Virus record (IMG/VR): IMGVR_UViG_3300031519_004497
Source of the DNA: an uncultured virus (IMG/VR IMGVR_UViG_3300031519_004497)
Lineage: Duplodnaviria; Heunggongvirae; Uroviricota; Caudoviricetes
Length of the DNA: 64,000 bases
Strand: one strand, 5' to 3'
How positions within the stretch are numbered: the first letter of the stretch is position 1; every line of letters begins with the position of its first letter. The position numbers and the translations under genes are program-made. The notes beneath the pieces are model-generated. The model was not told where the DNA came from and ran no database searches. It worked only from the letters and a program-made list of their open reading frames with translations. Positions 26,130 through 34,917 of the stretch are shown here, one piece after another.

Positions 26130-26490
26130 TAAACAAGTACTCGACCATTATCAAAACCCACGTAATGTGGGTAAGATGGAGATTACTGATAAGGTTGGCA
26201 CAGGTATGGTGGGAGCACCAGCCTGTGGTGACGTTATGAGATTACAGATAGAAGTGGAGGACGGTATCATTACAGATGCAGTGTTCAAAACCTATGGGTG
26301 TGGTAGTGCTATAGCGTCTTCTTCTCTTCTAACAGAGTGGGTTAAAGGGCGAACTTTAGAGTCTGCTAATAGTATAAAAAATGTAGAGATAGTAGAAGAG
26401 TTAGCCCTTCCTCCTGTAAAGATACATTGTAGCGTACTTGCGGAAGACGCAATTAAAGCTGCAATCAAAGACTACAGAGGTAAGCACTAA
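26119..26490 (+). CDS. iscU: Fe-S cluster scaffold IscU
   Basis: YSKQVLDHYQNPRNVG, GAPACGD, YGCGSAIAS, LPPVKIHC. Confidence 0.96.
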   Translation: MSYSKQVLDHYQNPRNVGKMEITDKVGTGMVGAPACGDVMRLQIEVEDGIITDAVFKTYGCGSAIASSSLLTEWVKGRTLESANSIKNVEIVEELALPPVKIHCSVLAEDAIKAAIKDYRGKH

Positions 26491-26598
26491 GATGAACCTT
26501 CATGGCTGGCTTGCACAGCTCGTGAAGTGCCTTATGGGGCTATCTTTTATATATCTTTTAACGGAAACCGCAGTACTAATGACCAATTAGGGGGTTCA

Positions 26599-26823
26599 AT
26601 GACTTATAGCATAAAGTGGACAAGTAAGACAGGGGAAGACCTATCTTACTCATATAGTTTAAACAGCAGCGTATACGGAATGGCTCAAGCACTAGACAAC
26701 AGCGGTTCCACAGATATAAAAATTTACAACAATGGAGTTTTAATTGATCATTACATACAGGGATGTACAACACGTAACCTTCCCGGTATATCAGATCCCG
26801 TCAAACAACTGGACTTATTCTGA
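26599..26823 (+). CDS. Hypothetical protein
   Basis: ATG after an AGGGGG RBS. Confidence 0.45.
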   Translation: MTYSIKWTSKTGEDLSYSYSLNSSVYGMAQALDNSGSTDIKIYNNGVLIDHYIQGCTTRNLPGISDPVKQLDLF

Positions 26824-27238
26824 TGGGCTACTTTTTGTAGATGATCTGTTAGTAGACGATACTAATCAGCCAGGAGAAACTCTAGGCTTACGAAGACTGC
26901 AGACCCCCTTCAGGGATATAATGCGTCTTAGTCGAGCTCTTATTAACCATGTAGGGGTTATAAAACAAACTAACAAAACTTTTATAGATTCAAGAGGCAT
27001 GCCTTTCATATATGAGAAAACCCAGTTCTGTAAGTTAAAATACTACAAGATTCGTAGGGTTGAACATAGAGAGGTAGCTTCTTTATTGTGGGTGCATAAA
27101 GTTACTATTCCCTTTACTATTCCACGGCCTCCTTATGAGGGAAGGTCATGGGCGGGAATACTACATCAAGGAGATGCACCTTGGATGTTGTACGAGTACG
27201 CCGAAGAAAAAATAAAGGACACTCGAAGAAAGGTATAG
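26744..27238 (+). CDS. Conserved T5-like hypothetical protein
   Basis: ORF between pol and D10 as in T5-like phages. Confidence 0.65.
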   Translation: MIITYRDVQHVTFPVYQIPSNNWTYSDGLLFVDDLLVDDTNQPGETLGLRRLQTPFRDIMRLSRALINHVGVIKQTNKTFIDSRGMPFIYEKTQFCKLKYYKIRRVEHREVASLLWVHKVTIPFTIPRPPYEGRSWAGILHQGDAPWMLYEYAEEKIKDTRRKV

Positions 27239-27245
27239 GAATTAT

Positions 27246-27905
27246 ATGGGTAACAAGCGTAAAACTTTAAACGGCTCAGGTCTTCAGCTAGAAGAGATAG
27301 AGCCTTTAACCAAGAATCAATTAATAGCATTTGAGTCCGAGAAGAACTTAGTTCTCCACGGGGTCGCAGGTACAGGAAAGACTTTTATCTCCTGTTACTT
27401 AGCTTTTGATGATATGATTAAAGGGTATTATAGTAACTTAGTCTTAATCCGTAGTGCAGTACCAACAAGGGACATTGGATTCCTTCCTGGTAATGAGAAG
27501 GAGAAAGCCTCTGTATATGAAGAACCGTATAAAGAAGTTGCAAACGAGCTATTTAACCGTGGAGACGCGTACCAAATACTTAAAACTAAGGGTCTAGTAC
27601 ACTTTATGACTACTTCTTACATAAGAGGTATAACTTTAAAGGACTCTGTTATACTTATAGATGAGTGTCAGAATATGACATTCCATGAGTTAGATTCTAT
27701 AATCACCCGAGTGGGTAAGTACTGTAGAGTTATTTTCTGTGGAGACTTTGAACAGTCTGATCTGAAGAATAATGGATTAAAAGAATTCTTGAAGATACTG
27801 GAAACAATGGGCGCTTTTGATATGGTTAACTTCGAAGTGCAGGATATTGTGCGAAGTGACTTTGTGAAAGAATACTTAACTGCTAAAAATCGTTTAGGAA
27901 TGTAG
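27246..27905 (+). CDS. phoH: PhoH-like ATPase
   Basis: GVAGTGKT, IGFLPG, RGIT, IDECQN, GDFEQSD. Confidence 0.93.
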   Translation: MGNKRKTLNGSGLQLEEIEPLTKNQLIAFESEKNLVLHGVAGTGKTFISCYLAFDDMIKGYYSNLVLIRSAVPTRDIGFLPGNEKEKASVYEEPYKEVANELFNRGDAYQILKTKGLVHFMTTSYIRGITLKDSVILIDECQNMTFHELDSIITRVGKYCRVIFCGDFEQSDLKNNGLKEFLKILETMGAFDMVNFEVQDIVRSDFVKEYLTAKNRLGM

Positions 27906-27908
27906 GTA

Positions 27909-28592
27909 GTGTATTTTATATCCGCCCCTTTTGGGAACTATATAAACACAAAGAGTACAACTAGCGTTACAGGCAGTTGGACGCTTGCTCCTCGGCCTGG
28001 GCTAGTAAAGCAAATAGTTAAAACACTACGCTATACTAGAACAGGTTGGAGGAATAAACTAGGTCTACGTAATAAAGGCGTAGACCACGGGTGTAGGAAG
28101 CATCGTGGCTATAATATAATGAGTCTTGCAGCAATCGAGAAGGATGATTGGCCGCAGCTACACAGTATTGTAGACGAGTATACTAGTGTTGAAATAAACA
28201 TTAGTTGCCCTAACCTAGGTAAGCAAGTAGACCAGTTGTACCCTGGCTTTGATCTTTGGACACAAGCAAACCGTAAGTGGTGTATTGCTAAAATATCTCC
28301 TACAGCGGACGAGAAACTTGTTGACAAATTAGTAGAATCAGGGTATAATAGTATTCATGCAAGCAACACATTAGACTCAGAAAAAGGAGGACTTAGTGGT
28401 AAAGTACTTATACCTTACACTATGAAGTTAATATCTTACATAAAGAAAACACACCCCCATGTGCAAGTTATTGCAGGTGGCGGTGTAACGTGTAAGCAAG
28501 ATGCTGAAGAGTATCTAAACGTAGGAGCAGACCATATTAGCTTAGGTAGTGTATGCTTCACACCATGGAAATTAAAAGGTATTTTACAATAA
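27909..28592 (+). CDS. pyrD: Dihydroorotate dehydrogenase-like FMN enzyme (short)
   Basis: WRNKLGLRNKG, EINISCPN, AKISP, SNT, GGLSGK, IAGGGV. Confidence 0.8.
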   Translation: MYFISAPFGNYINTKSTTSVTGSWTLAPRPGLVKQIVKTLRYTRTGWRNKLGLRNKGVDHGCRKHRGYNIMSLAAIEKDDWPQLHSIVDEYTSVEINISCPNLGKQVDQLYPGFDLWTQANRKWCIAKISPTADEKLVDKLVESGYNSIHASNTLDSEKGGLSGKVLIPYTMKLISYIKKTHPHVQVIAGGGVTCKQDAEEYLNVGADHISLGSVCFTPWKLKGILQ

Positions 28593-29875
28593 TGAAAGCA
28601 CTAATCAGCAATCGCATTTACCTTGAGGTAACGCAGGAATATAAGGAGTTTTTAAGTAAAGAGCTTACCTATACTATTCCTTCGTTCAATCCGAAAGACC
28701 CTCCCTTTGTCATAAAGAATATGGCAAGGGTACGTGATACGCTGGTTAGTATACCAATAGGAAGAACGGATCTGATACCCTCTGACTACGAAGTAGTTGA
28801 TAAGCGTATCAATATACCAGTAGACTTTCCAGAGTTTAAGCTGCCCCTACGACCAAGCCAACAAGAGGTCTACGACGAACTCGAAGACAACTGTATAATA
28901 AACGCTTGGGTCAGTTGGGGAAAGACTTTTACAGGTCTTGCCATTGCTGGTAAGCTGGGACAGAAAACACTCATCATAGTACACACAGTACCTCTAAGAA
29001 ACCAGTGGGCAAAGGAAGTACAAAAAGTGTATGGAATTACTCCTGGTATCATAGGCAGTGGAAAGTTTGAAATTGATGCTCCAATTGTAATTGGGAATAC
29101 TCAAAGTTTATACAGAAACATTCTGAAAATAAACAAACAGTTCGGCACTATCATACTAGATGAGATGCATCACGTATCCTCTCCTACATTTTCCAAAGTG
29201 ATAGACACAAACTATGCTAGGTATAAGATAGGCTTGTCTGGAACTATTGAGAGAAAGGACGGTAAGCATGTTGTATTCAGGGATTACTTTGGAAGTAAGG
29301 TTTTTAAGCCACCAAAGGAGAACTACATGGTTCCTTCTATAACTGTATACCCTTCGGAGATACGGTTCATGGATGGCCAGAGGACTCCTTGGGCTAACAA
29401 AGTAACTCACCTGTGTAACCAGGAAGAGTATAGACACAGTGTATCTCTCATAGCGGCAGCCTACGCTGCAAAGGGGCATAAGGTTCTGGTAGTATCTGAC
29501 CGTGTGCATTTTCTAAAAGCATGTGCAGAACTGACAGGAGACAGAGCAATCTGTGTCACTGGAGATGTAGCACACGAAGATAGAGAGACCCTGATAGATG
29601 AGATGCGTAGTGGACGGAAGGACGTACTATACGGAACTCAAGCTATATTCTCAGAAGGTATCTCTGTAGATAACCTGAGCTGTTTGATACTAGCAACTCC
29701 TGTTAATAACGAGCCTCTGCTCACTCAGCTAATAGGGCGTATCATACGCAAAAAAGAGGGTAAAAAACCTCCTGTAGTAATAGATATACACTTAAAGGGG
29801 AATACTGCACGTCGGCAAGCTTCCAATAGGATGGGGTACTATATCAAAGAGGGATATAAAATAAACCAACTATAA
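28592..29875 (+). CDS. D10: SF2 helicase (T5 D10)
   Basis: WGKT, DEMHH, GLSGT, QLIGRIIR. Confidence 0.9.
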   Translation: MKALISNRIYLEVTQEYKEFLSKELTYTIPSFNPKDPPFVIKNMARVRDTLVSIPIGRTDLIPSDYEVVDKRINIPVDFPEFKLPLRPSQQEVYDELEDNCIINAWVSWGKTFTGLAIAGKLGQKTLIIVHTVPLRNQWAKEVQKVYGITPGIIGSGKFEIDAPIVIGNTQSLYRNILKINKQFGTIILDEMHHVSSPTFSKVIDTNYARYKIGLSGTIERKDGKHVVFRDYFGSKVFKPPKENYMVPSITVYPSEIRFMDGQRTPWANKVTHLCNQEEYRHSVSLIAAAYAAKGHKVLVVSDRVHFLKACAELTGDRAICVTGDVAHEDRETLIDEMRSGRKDVLYGTQAIFSEGISVDNLSCLILATPVNNEPLLTQLIGRIIRKKEGKKPPVVIDIHLKGNTARRQASNRMGYYIKEGYKINQL

Positions 29876-29886
29876 AAAAATAGTTC

Positions 29887-29915
29887 TTGACATTAGTAAC
29901 ATTTTAAGGTATAAT
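29887..29915 (+). promoter_or_regulatory. Early sigma70 promoter
   Basis: TTGACA-17-TATAAT. Confidence 0.8.
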
Positions 29916-30317
29916 ATGCTCTTATATAATTGGAATAAAGTATTTAAAACTTGCAAAGCGAATCCACCCGAAATCATCCGAGTGTTCAAAATGTTAGTTG
30001 ACAAGGAGCTACCTTTAAATAAGTATGACCCTGTGTACAAGTACTCAAACATAGATTTTTCTGGGCAGAGCTTCTTAGTTCACCCTGACGTTCTACTGTA
30101 CCAACTGTATAAATATTCTTACCGAGATGTTTGCATATACATCGCTTTTGCAGCTTTACGCTCATATGGCGAATATCAAGCGTCAGGTAAAATAACCTTG
30201 GATCTACTGCACTTGCAACTAGATCCTGAAATCTTTATAAACAATAATAGACTACTTTGGTTAGAAGGTGATGATATCCATTTCCTTCACGAAGAAGTCC
30301 CAATGGAGAAAAACTAG
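29916..30317 (+). CDS. Conserved T5-like hypothetical protein
   Basis: ORF between D10 and D11. Confidence 0.65.
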   Translation: MLLYNWNKVFKTCKANPPEIIRVFKMLVDKELPLNKYDPVYKYSNIDFSGQSFLVHPDVLLYQLYKYSYRDVCIYIAFAALRSYGEYQASGKITLDLLHLQLDPEIFINNNRLLWLEGDDIHFLHEEVPMEKN

Positions 30318-30319
30318 AT

Positions 30320-30946
30320 ATGGCTATATCATTTAACAAACAAAAAGGTTCTGCACAGAAAACTTCCATCAGTACTTTTCAGTACAAAGACGGTGACAAC
30401 CGCATGCGTATTTGTGGCGATATTCTCGCTCGCTATGTGTACTGGGTGAAAGGTGAGAACGACAAGAACATTCCTCTGGAGTGTCTGTCTTTTGATCGAG
30501 ATGCAGAAGCCTTTACAAATCAAGAAAAAGATTGGGTTCGTGAGTACTATCCCGACCTCAAGTGTGGCTGGAGCTACGCTACACAGTGTATTGACAACGG
30601 CGAAATCAAAGTTGTGAATCTCAAGAAGAAGCTCTGGGAATCAATCATCAGTGCCGCTGAAGACCTCGGCGACCCTACTGACCCAGTTACTGGTTGGGAT
30701 ATTATCTTCAAGCGAGTAAAGACTGGCCCTCTGCCCTATAATGTAGAGTACCAGCTTCAAGCTCTGAAGTGCAAGCCCAAAGCTCTCAGCGATGCTGACA
30801 TGGCTCTAGTAGCTGAGATCAAGTCTATGGACGAAGTAATGTCTCGCCCGACTCCTGATGCTCAGAAAGAGTTGTTGGATCGTGTACGACAGGCTAGTAC
30901 ATCCGAAGTTGATGACACTCTTGAAGCAGAATTCAACGTAGGATGA
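30320..30946 (+). CDS. D11: T5 D11-like ssDNA-binding protein
   Basis: GDILARYVYW, LGDPTDP..GWD, KTGPLPYNVEY; synteny. Confidence 0.8.
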   Translation: MAISFNKQKGSAQKTSISTFQYKDGDNRMRICGDILARYVYWVKGENDKNIPLECLSFDRDAEAFTNQEKDWVREYYPDLKCGWSYATQCIDNGEIKVVNLKKKLWESIISAAEDLGDPTDPVTGWDIIFKRVKTGPLPYNVEYQLQALKCKPKALSDADMALVAEIKSMDEVMSRPTPDAQKELLDRVRQASTSEVDDTLEAEFNVG

Positions 30947-31902
30947 TTCTATTCACCGCAGACTGGCACTTGAAACTGGGACAGAAGAATGTCCCAGTTG
31001 ACTGGGCAAGGAAAAGATATGAGTCTTTCTTTGCTCAAATTCACGAGATAGAGAACGAGTGTAGTATGCACATAATTGGGGGCGATCTCTTTGATCGTCT
31101 TCCAACTATGGAAGAGTTGGAGTTGTACTTCACATTCATAAGGCAAGTAGGAATACCTACTCTAATTTATGATGGGAACCACGAAGCCACGAAGAAGAAC
31201 AAAACCTTTTTTAGTCAACTAAAGCAAGTGAGTAGGGATATTAATCCTTTCATTCACATTGTAGACTTGTCCTATGTGGACAAAGATAGAGGGTTCAATG
31301 TTCTACCTTACGCAGACTTACATAGAAATAATAGTATAGAAGCCTTCAATACTCAGTGGCCTCTGTTTACCCATGTACGTGGAGAGATACCACCGCATGT
31401 AAAGCCAGAAGTTGAACTAGAAAGATTTGAAGACTTCCCTGTAGTATTTGCAGGAGACTTACACGCTCATAGTAATACGCAGCAAAACATTGTGTACCCA
31501 GGAAGTCCCATGACTACTTCGTTTCATAGAAACATAGTAGAGACAGGGTATTTACTAATAAATGACTTAGACTGGTCTTGGATGTGGGAGAGGTTTGAGC
31601 TACCACAACTGTTAAGAAAGACAGTGCAAAACCCAGATGATATGATACCTAGTGACTATCATCACACAATATATGAATTGGAGGGCGACATACAAGACCT
31701 TTCAAAAGTTAAGAACTCGGAGTTGTTAGATAAGAAAGTAGTAAAACGTAGTACGGAAGCAACGCTTGTTCTCACTAAAGACATGACTGTCGGAGACGAG
31801 CTAGCAGAGTACTTAACCTACATTCTAGAACTCCCAGATGAAAAGATATCAAGTATTATAGGAACTTATAATGATTACTCTCAAACAGCTACAGTGGAAT
31901 AA
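30943..31902 (+). CDS. D12: SbcD/Mre11-like nuclease (T5 D12)
   Basis: ADWH, GGDLFD, GNHE, GDLH, YPGSP. Confidence 0.9.
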   Translation: MILFTADWHLKLGQKNVPVDWARKRYESFFAQIHEIENECSMHIIGGDLFDRLPTMEELELYFTFIRQVGIPTLIYDGNHEATKKNKTFFSQLKQVSRDINPFIHIVDLSYVDKDRGFNVLPYADLHRNNSIEAFNTQWPLFTHVRGEIPPHVKPEVELERFEDFPVVFAGDLHAHSNTQQNIVYPGSPMTTSFHRNIVETGYLLINDLDWSWMWERFELPQLLRKTVQNPDDMIPSDYHHTIYELEGDIQDLSKVKNSELLDKKVVKRSTEATLVLTKDMTVGDELAEYLTYILELPDEKISSIIGTYNDYSQTATVE

Positions 31903-33664
31903 TTGTTTTAGCTACGGCTCTAACAATGAGTTACTACTTGATGAGAATACTGTAACTCAGATTATAGGAACAAATGGCACTGGAAAGTCGTCAATACCTC
32001 TAATCATTGAGGAAGCTCTCTATAATAAGAACTCAAAGGGTATAAAGAAAGCTGACATTCCTAACAGGTATCAGGGTGACGGCTATAATATTAAACTTAC
32101 GTTCACCAAGGATACAGACAGCTACACAGTAAGTATAGATAGAAAGACTACAGTTAAGGTAAAGCTAGAAAAGAATGGCGAGGATATATCCAGCCACACT
32201 GCTACTAATACCTATAAAACAATACAGGAGATAATTGGAGTAGACTTCAAGACTTTCTCTCAGTTGGTTTATCAAAGTACAAATGCAAGCCTACAGTTTC
32301 TAACTGCTACGGATACAAACCGTAAGAAGTTCTTGATTGATCTATTACACCTTGAAGGGTATGTAGAGCTGTTTGATGTATTTAAAGAAGAGTCTAGAAA
32401 GCTGACAGTAGAAATTAGTGGAGCACAAGCCGCCGTTGATACAGTACAAAAATGGCTCTCAGATAATAAATTGAGTGATAGTAACATACTTCCCATGTTG
32501 GATTTACGAATAAACACGGAAGAAGAAGAGAAAGAGTTCCGTCACTTGACGAAGGAAATTGAAAATATCTTAGAGCGGAACAAAAAAATCTCTAAGAATA
32601 ATCAATTAATTGAGCTACTGGGGCAGATTGATTTACAGGATATACAAAATCCTTCAGTAACGGAACGAAAGTCTTATGATGCGCTACAAGAAGAAGTAGG
32701 AAACTTTACGCAAATCGCAGCGGGGTCAAAACGACTTCTAACAAAGTTAAACCAATTAGGGGATACTTGCCCTACTTGCGAGCAGTCGGTAGACGGTACG
32801 TTTGTAGAGGAACTAAAGAAGGAAGAAACTGATAAGATATCAGTATCGGAGAGAGAAATTGGGAACATTGAAGCAGAAATTAAAAGCATTAAAAGAGATA
32901 ATAATGAGTTCACGCGTCTTCAAACTCTTGAAGCAGATTGGAAAGAGATTTATCGGAGTGTGGACAGGAATCTTCCTACGTCTCTCTTGGACAAGAACGA
33001 GCTTGAGTTACGGCTGGAGAGCGTTCGAGCTGAGTTACTTCAACGCAAGGAGCAGTTGGAAAGCACAGCAAAGGAAAACGAAAAAAGAACGAAGCATAAC
33101 ACCAGAATCCAAGTAATACAGGAGCAGACAGACTCCTTTCTAAAGCAGTCAGCAGAGCTACAGGAAGTACTTGAAAAACAACAAGGACTCGCCTCTAACT
33201 TGGATGTACTAAAGAAAGCATTTAGTACAAATGGACTACTTGCTTACAAGATTGAAAACCTTGTAAAAGAATTAGAAGAAATGGCGAATACTTATCTAGC
33301 AGAGCTATCTGATGGTAGGTTTACTTTAGAGTTTGTAGTATCAAATGATAAGCTAAACGTGCAAGTCACAGACGACGGCAAAATAGTAGATATTCTCGCA
33401 CTTTCTTCAGGAGAGCTAGCTAGAGTAAACACAGCGACTCTTATAGCTATTCGTAAGCTAATGAGTAGTATATCTAAGTCTAAGTTAAACATACTTTTCT
33501 TAGATGAAGTTATTGCAGTATTAGACGACACGGGTCGCGAGAAGCTGGTAGAGGTTCTTATCGAGGAAGATTTGAACACATACATAGTATCTCACGGTTG
33601 GACTCACCCACTCCTCGATAAGATCGAAGTAGTGAAAGAAGAAAATATTAGTAGATTGGAGTAA
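31871..33664 (+). CDS. D13: SbcC/Rad50-like ATPase (T5 D13)
   Basis: GTNGTGKS, CPTC zinc hook, LSSGE, LDE. Confidence 0.92.
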   Translation: MITLKQLQWNNCFSYGSNNELLLDENTVTQIIGTNGTGKSSIPLIIEEALYNKNSKGIKKADIPNRYQGDGYNIKLTFTKDTDSYTVSIDRKTTVKVKLEKNGEDISSHTATNTYKTIQEIIGVDFKTFSQLVYQSTNASLQFLTATDTNRKKFLIDLLHLEGYVELFDVFKEESRKLTVEISGAQAAVDTVQKWLSDNKLSDSNILPMLDLRINTEEEEKEFRHLTKEIENILERNKKISKNNQLIELLGQIDLQDIQNPSVTERKSYDALQEEVGNFTQIAAGSKRLLTKLNQLGDTCPTCEQSVDGTFVEELKKEETDKISVSEREIGNIEAEIKSIKRDNNEFTRLQTLEADWKEIYRSVDRNLPTSLLDKNELELRLESVRAELLQRKEQLESTAKENEKRTKHNTRIQVIQEQTDSFLKQSAELQEVLEKQQGLASNLDVLKKAFSTNGLLAYKIENLVKELEEMANTYLAELSDGRFTLEFVVSNDKLNVQVTDDGKIVDILALSSGELARVNTATLIAIRKLMSSISKSKLNILFLDEVIAVLDDTGREKLVEVLIEEDLNTYIVSHGWTHPLLDKIEVVKEENISRLE

Positions 33665-33665
33665 A

Positions 33666-34109
33666 ATGGTTGATAGTAGAGCAAAGGGAGCTAGAGGAGA
33701 GTATCTAGTACGCGACTTATTACGAGAGCATACTAATCTTCAGTTCGAGAGAGTACCGATGTCAGGTGCTTTGGAGTACTTAAAAGGAGATTTGTATGTT
33801 CCAAATGAGAAAAACTTCTTTTGTATAGAGGTAAAAAATTATGCTGAGTCGCCACTCACTGATAAAATACTTACACAAAAGAAGACAAACCATCTAACCC
33901 AGTGGTGGAAAAAGTTACTTATACAAGCAGAAGGAGGAGGCCAAAAGCCTCTTCTCTTCTTTAAGTATAACAGATCAAAGGTATATGTAGGTACGGCAGT
34001 ATGTCCTCTACATATATCTTATCTGTATGTAAGTGACTTGGACTGCTACGTTTCTCTTGCAGAAGAGTGGTTAGATAAAGAAGAGGTAGAATTCATAAAT
34101 GGCAATTAG
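33666..34109 (+). CDS. D14: Holliday-junction resolvase-like nuclease (T5 D14)
   Basis: SRAKGARGE, KGDL, IEVK. Confidence 0.85.
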   Translation: MVDSRAKGARGEYLVRDLLREHTNLQFERVPMSGALEYLKGDLYVPNEKNFFCIEVKNYAESPLTDKILTQKKTNHLTQWWKKLLIQAEGGGQKPLLFFKYNRSKVYVGTAVCPLHISYLYVSDLDCYVSLAEEWLDKEEVEFINGN

Positions 34110-34917
34110 TTTTAACGACCAGAGAAAGACGGGTACACTTGTAGTAGACGCTCTTAACTTAGCATTTCGTTGGAAGCATGCAGGAAGGTCAGACTTTAGA
34201 TACGACTATATTAAGACAGTACAGTCGTTCGCTGACTCATACAAGTGTAAAGATATAATTATTACAGCAGACGGAGGTGCTTCTAGTTATAGAAAGGGCA
34301 TACGATCTGACTATAAAGGGAACAGAAAAGAGAAGTACGCAACCCAAACGGAAGAAGAAAAAATTGCGTTTGAAGAGTTCTTTGAAGAGTACCAAGCTAC
34401 TTTAGATATGATAGAGTGGCCTGTGTTACAATACGCTGGAGTAGAGGCTGATGATATAGCAGCACATCTAGTAAAGAACAAAGAGGAGTTTGGGTTCGAG
34501 AATATGTGGTTAATCTCTAGTGATAGAGACTGGGACTTGCTTATACAAGAGGGTGTAAATAGGTTCTCATATGTAAATAGAAAAGAAGTAACTATAAACA
34601 ATTGGTACGATCATTATGAAGTTACTCCAGAGGAGTTCATCTCTCTCAAGTGCTTAACCGGAGATAAGGGCGATAACGTCCCTGGTATTCCTGGCATTGG
34701 CCCAAAGAGAGCTTATGTACTTATAAAAGAGTATGGAGATGCCTTCAGTATATACGACGCAGCACCTATTGCAGGCAAGTATAAATATATAGAGTCTCTC
34801 AATGAGAACTATGAACAAATATTACAGAACTATGAATTAATGGATTTGATTACTTACTGTGATGAAGCTATCGGTAAAAATAATGTTGCCGAGATAAAGG
34901 AGAGGTTTGCGTGTTAA
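34099..34917 (+). CDS. D15: Flap endonuclease/5'-3' exonuclease (T5 D15)
   Basis: YKGNR, EADD, SDRD, GDKGDNVPGIPGIGPK. Confidence 0.93.
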   Translation: MAISFNDQRKTGTLVVDALNLAFRWKHAGRSDFRYDYIKTVQSFADSYKCKDIIITADGGASSYRKGIRSDYKGNRKEKYATQTEEEKIAFEEFFEEYQATLDMIEWPVLQYAGVEADDIAAHLVKNKEEFGFENMWLISSDRDWDLLIQEGVNRFSYVNRKEVTINNWYDHYEVTPEEFISLKCLTGDKGDNVPGIPGIGPKRAYVLIKEYGDAFSIYDAAPIAGKYKYIESLNENYEQILQNYELMDLITYCDEAIGKNNVAEIKERFAC

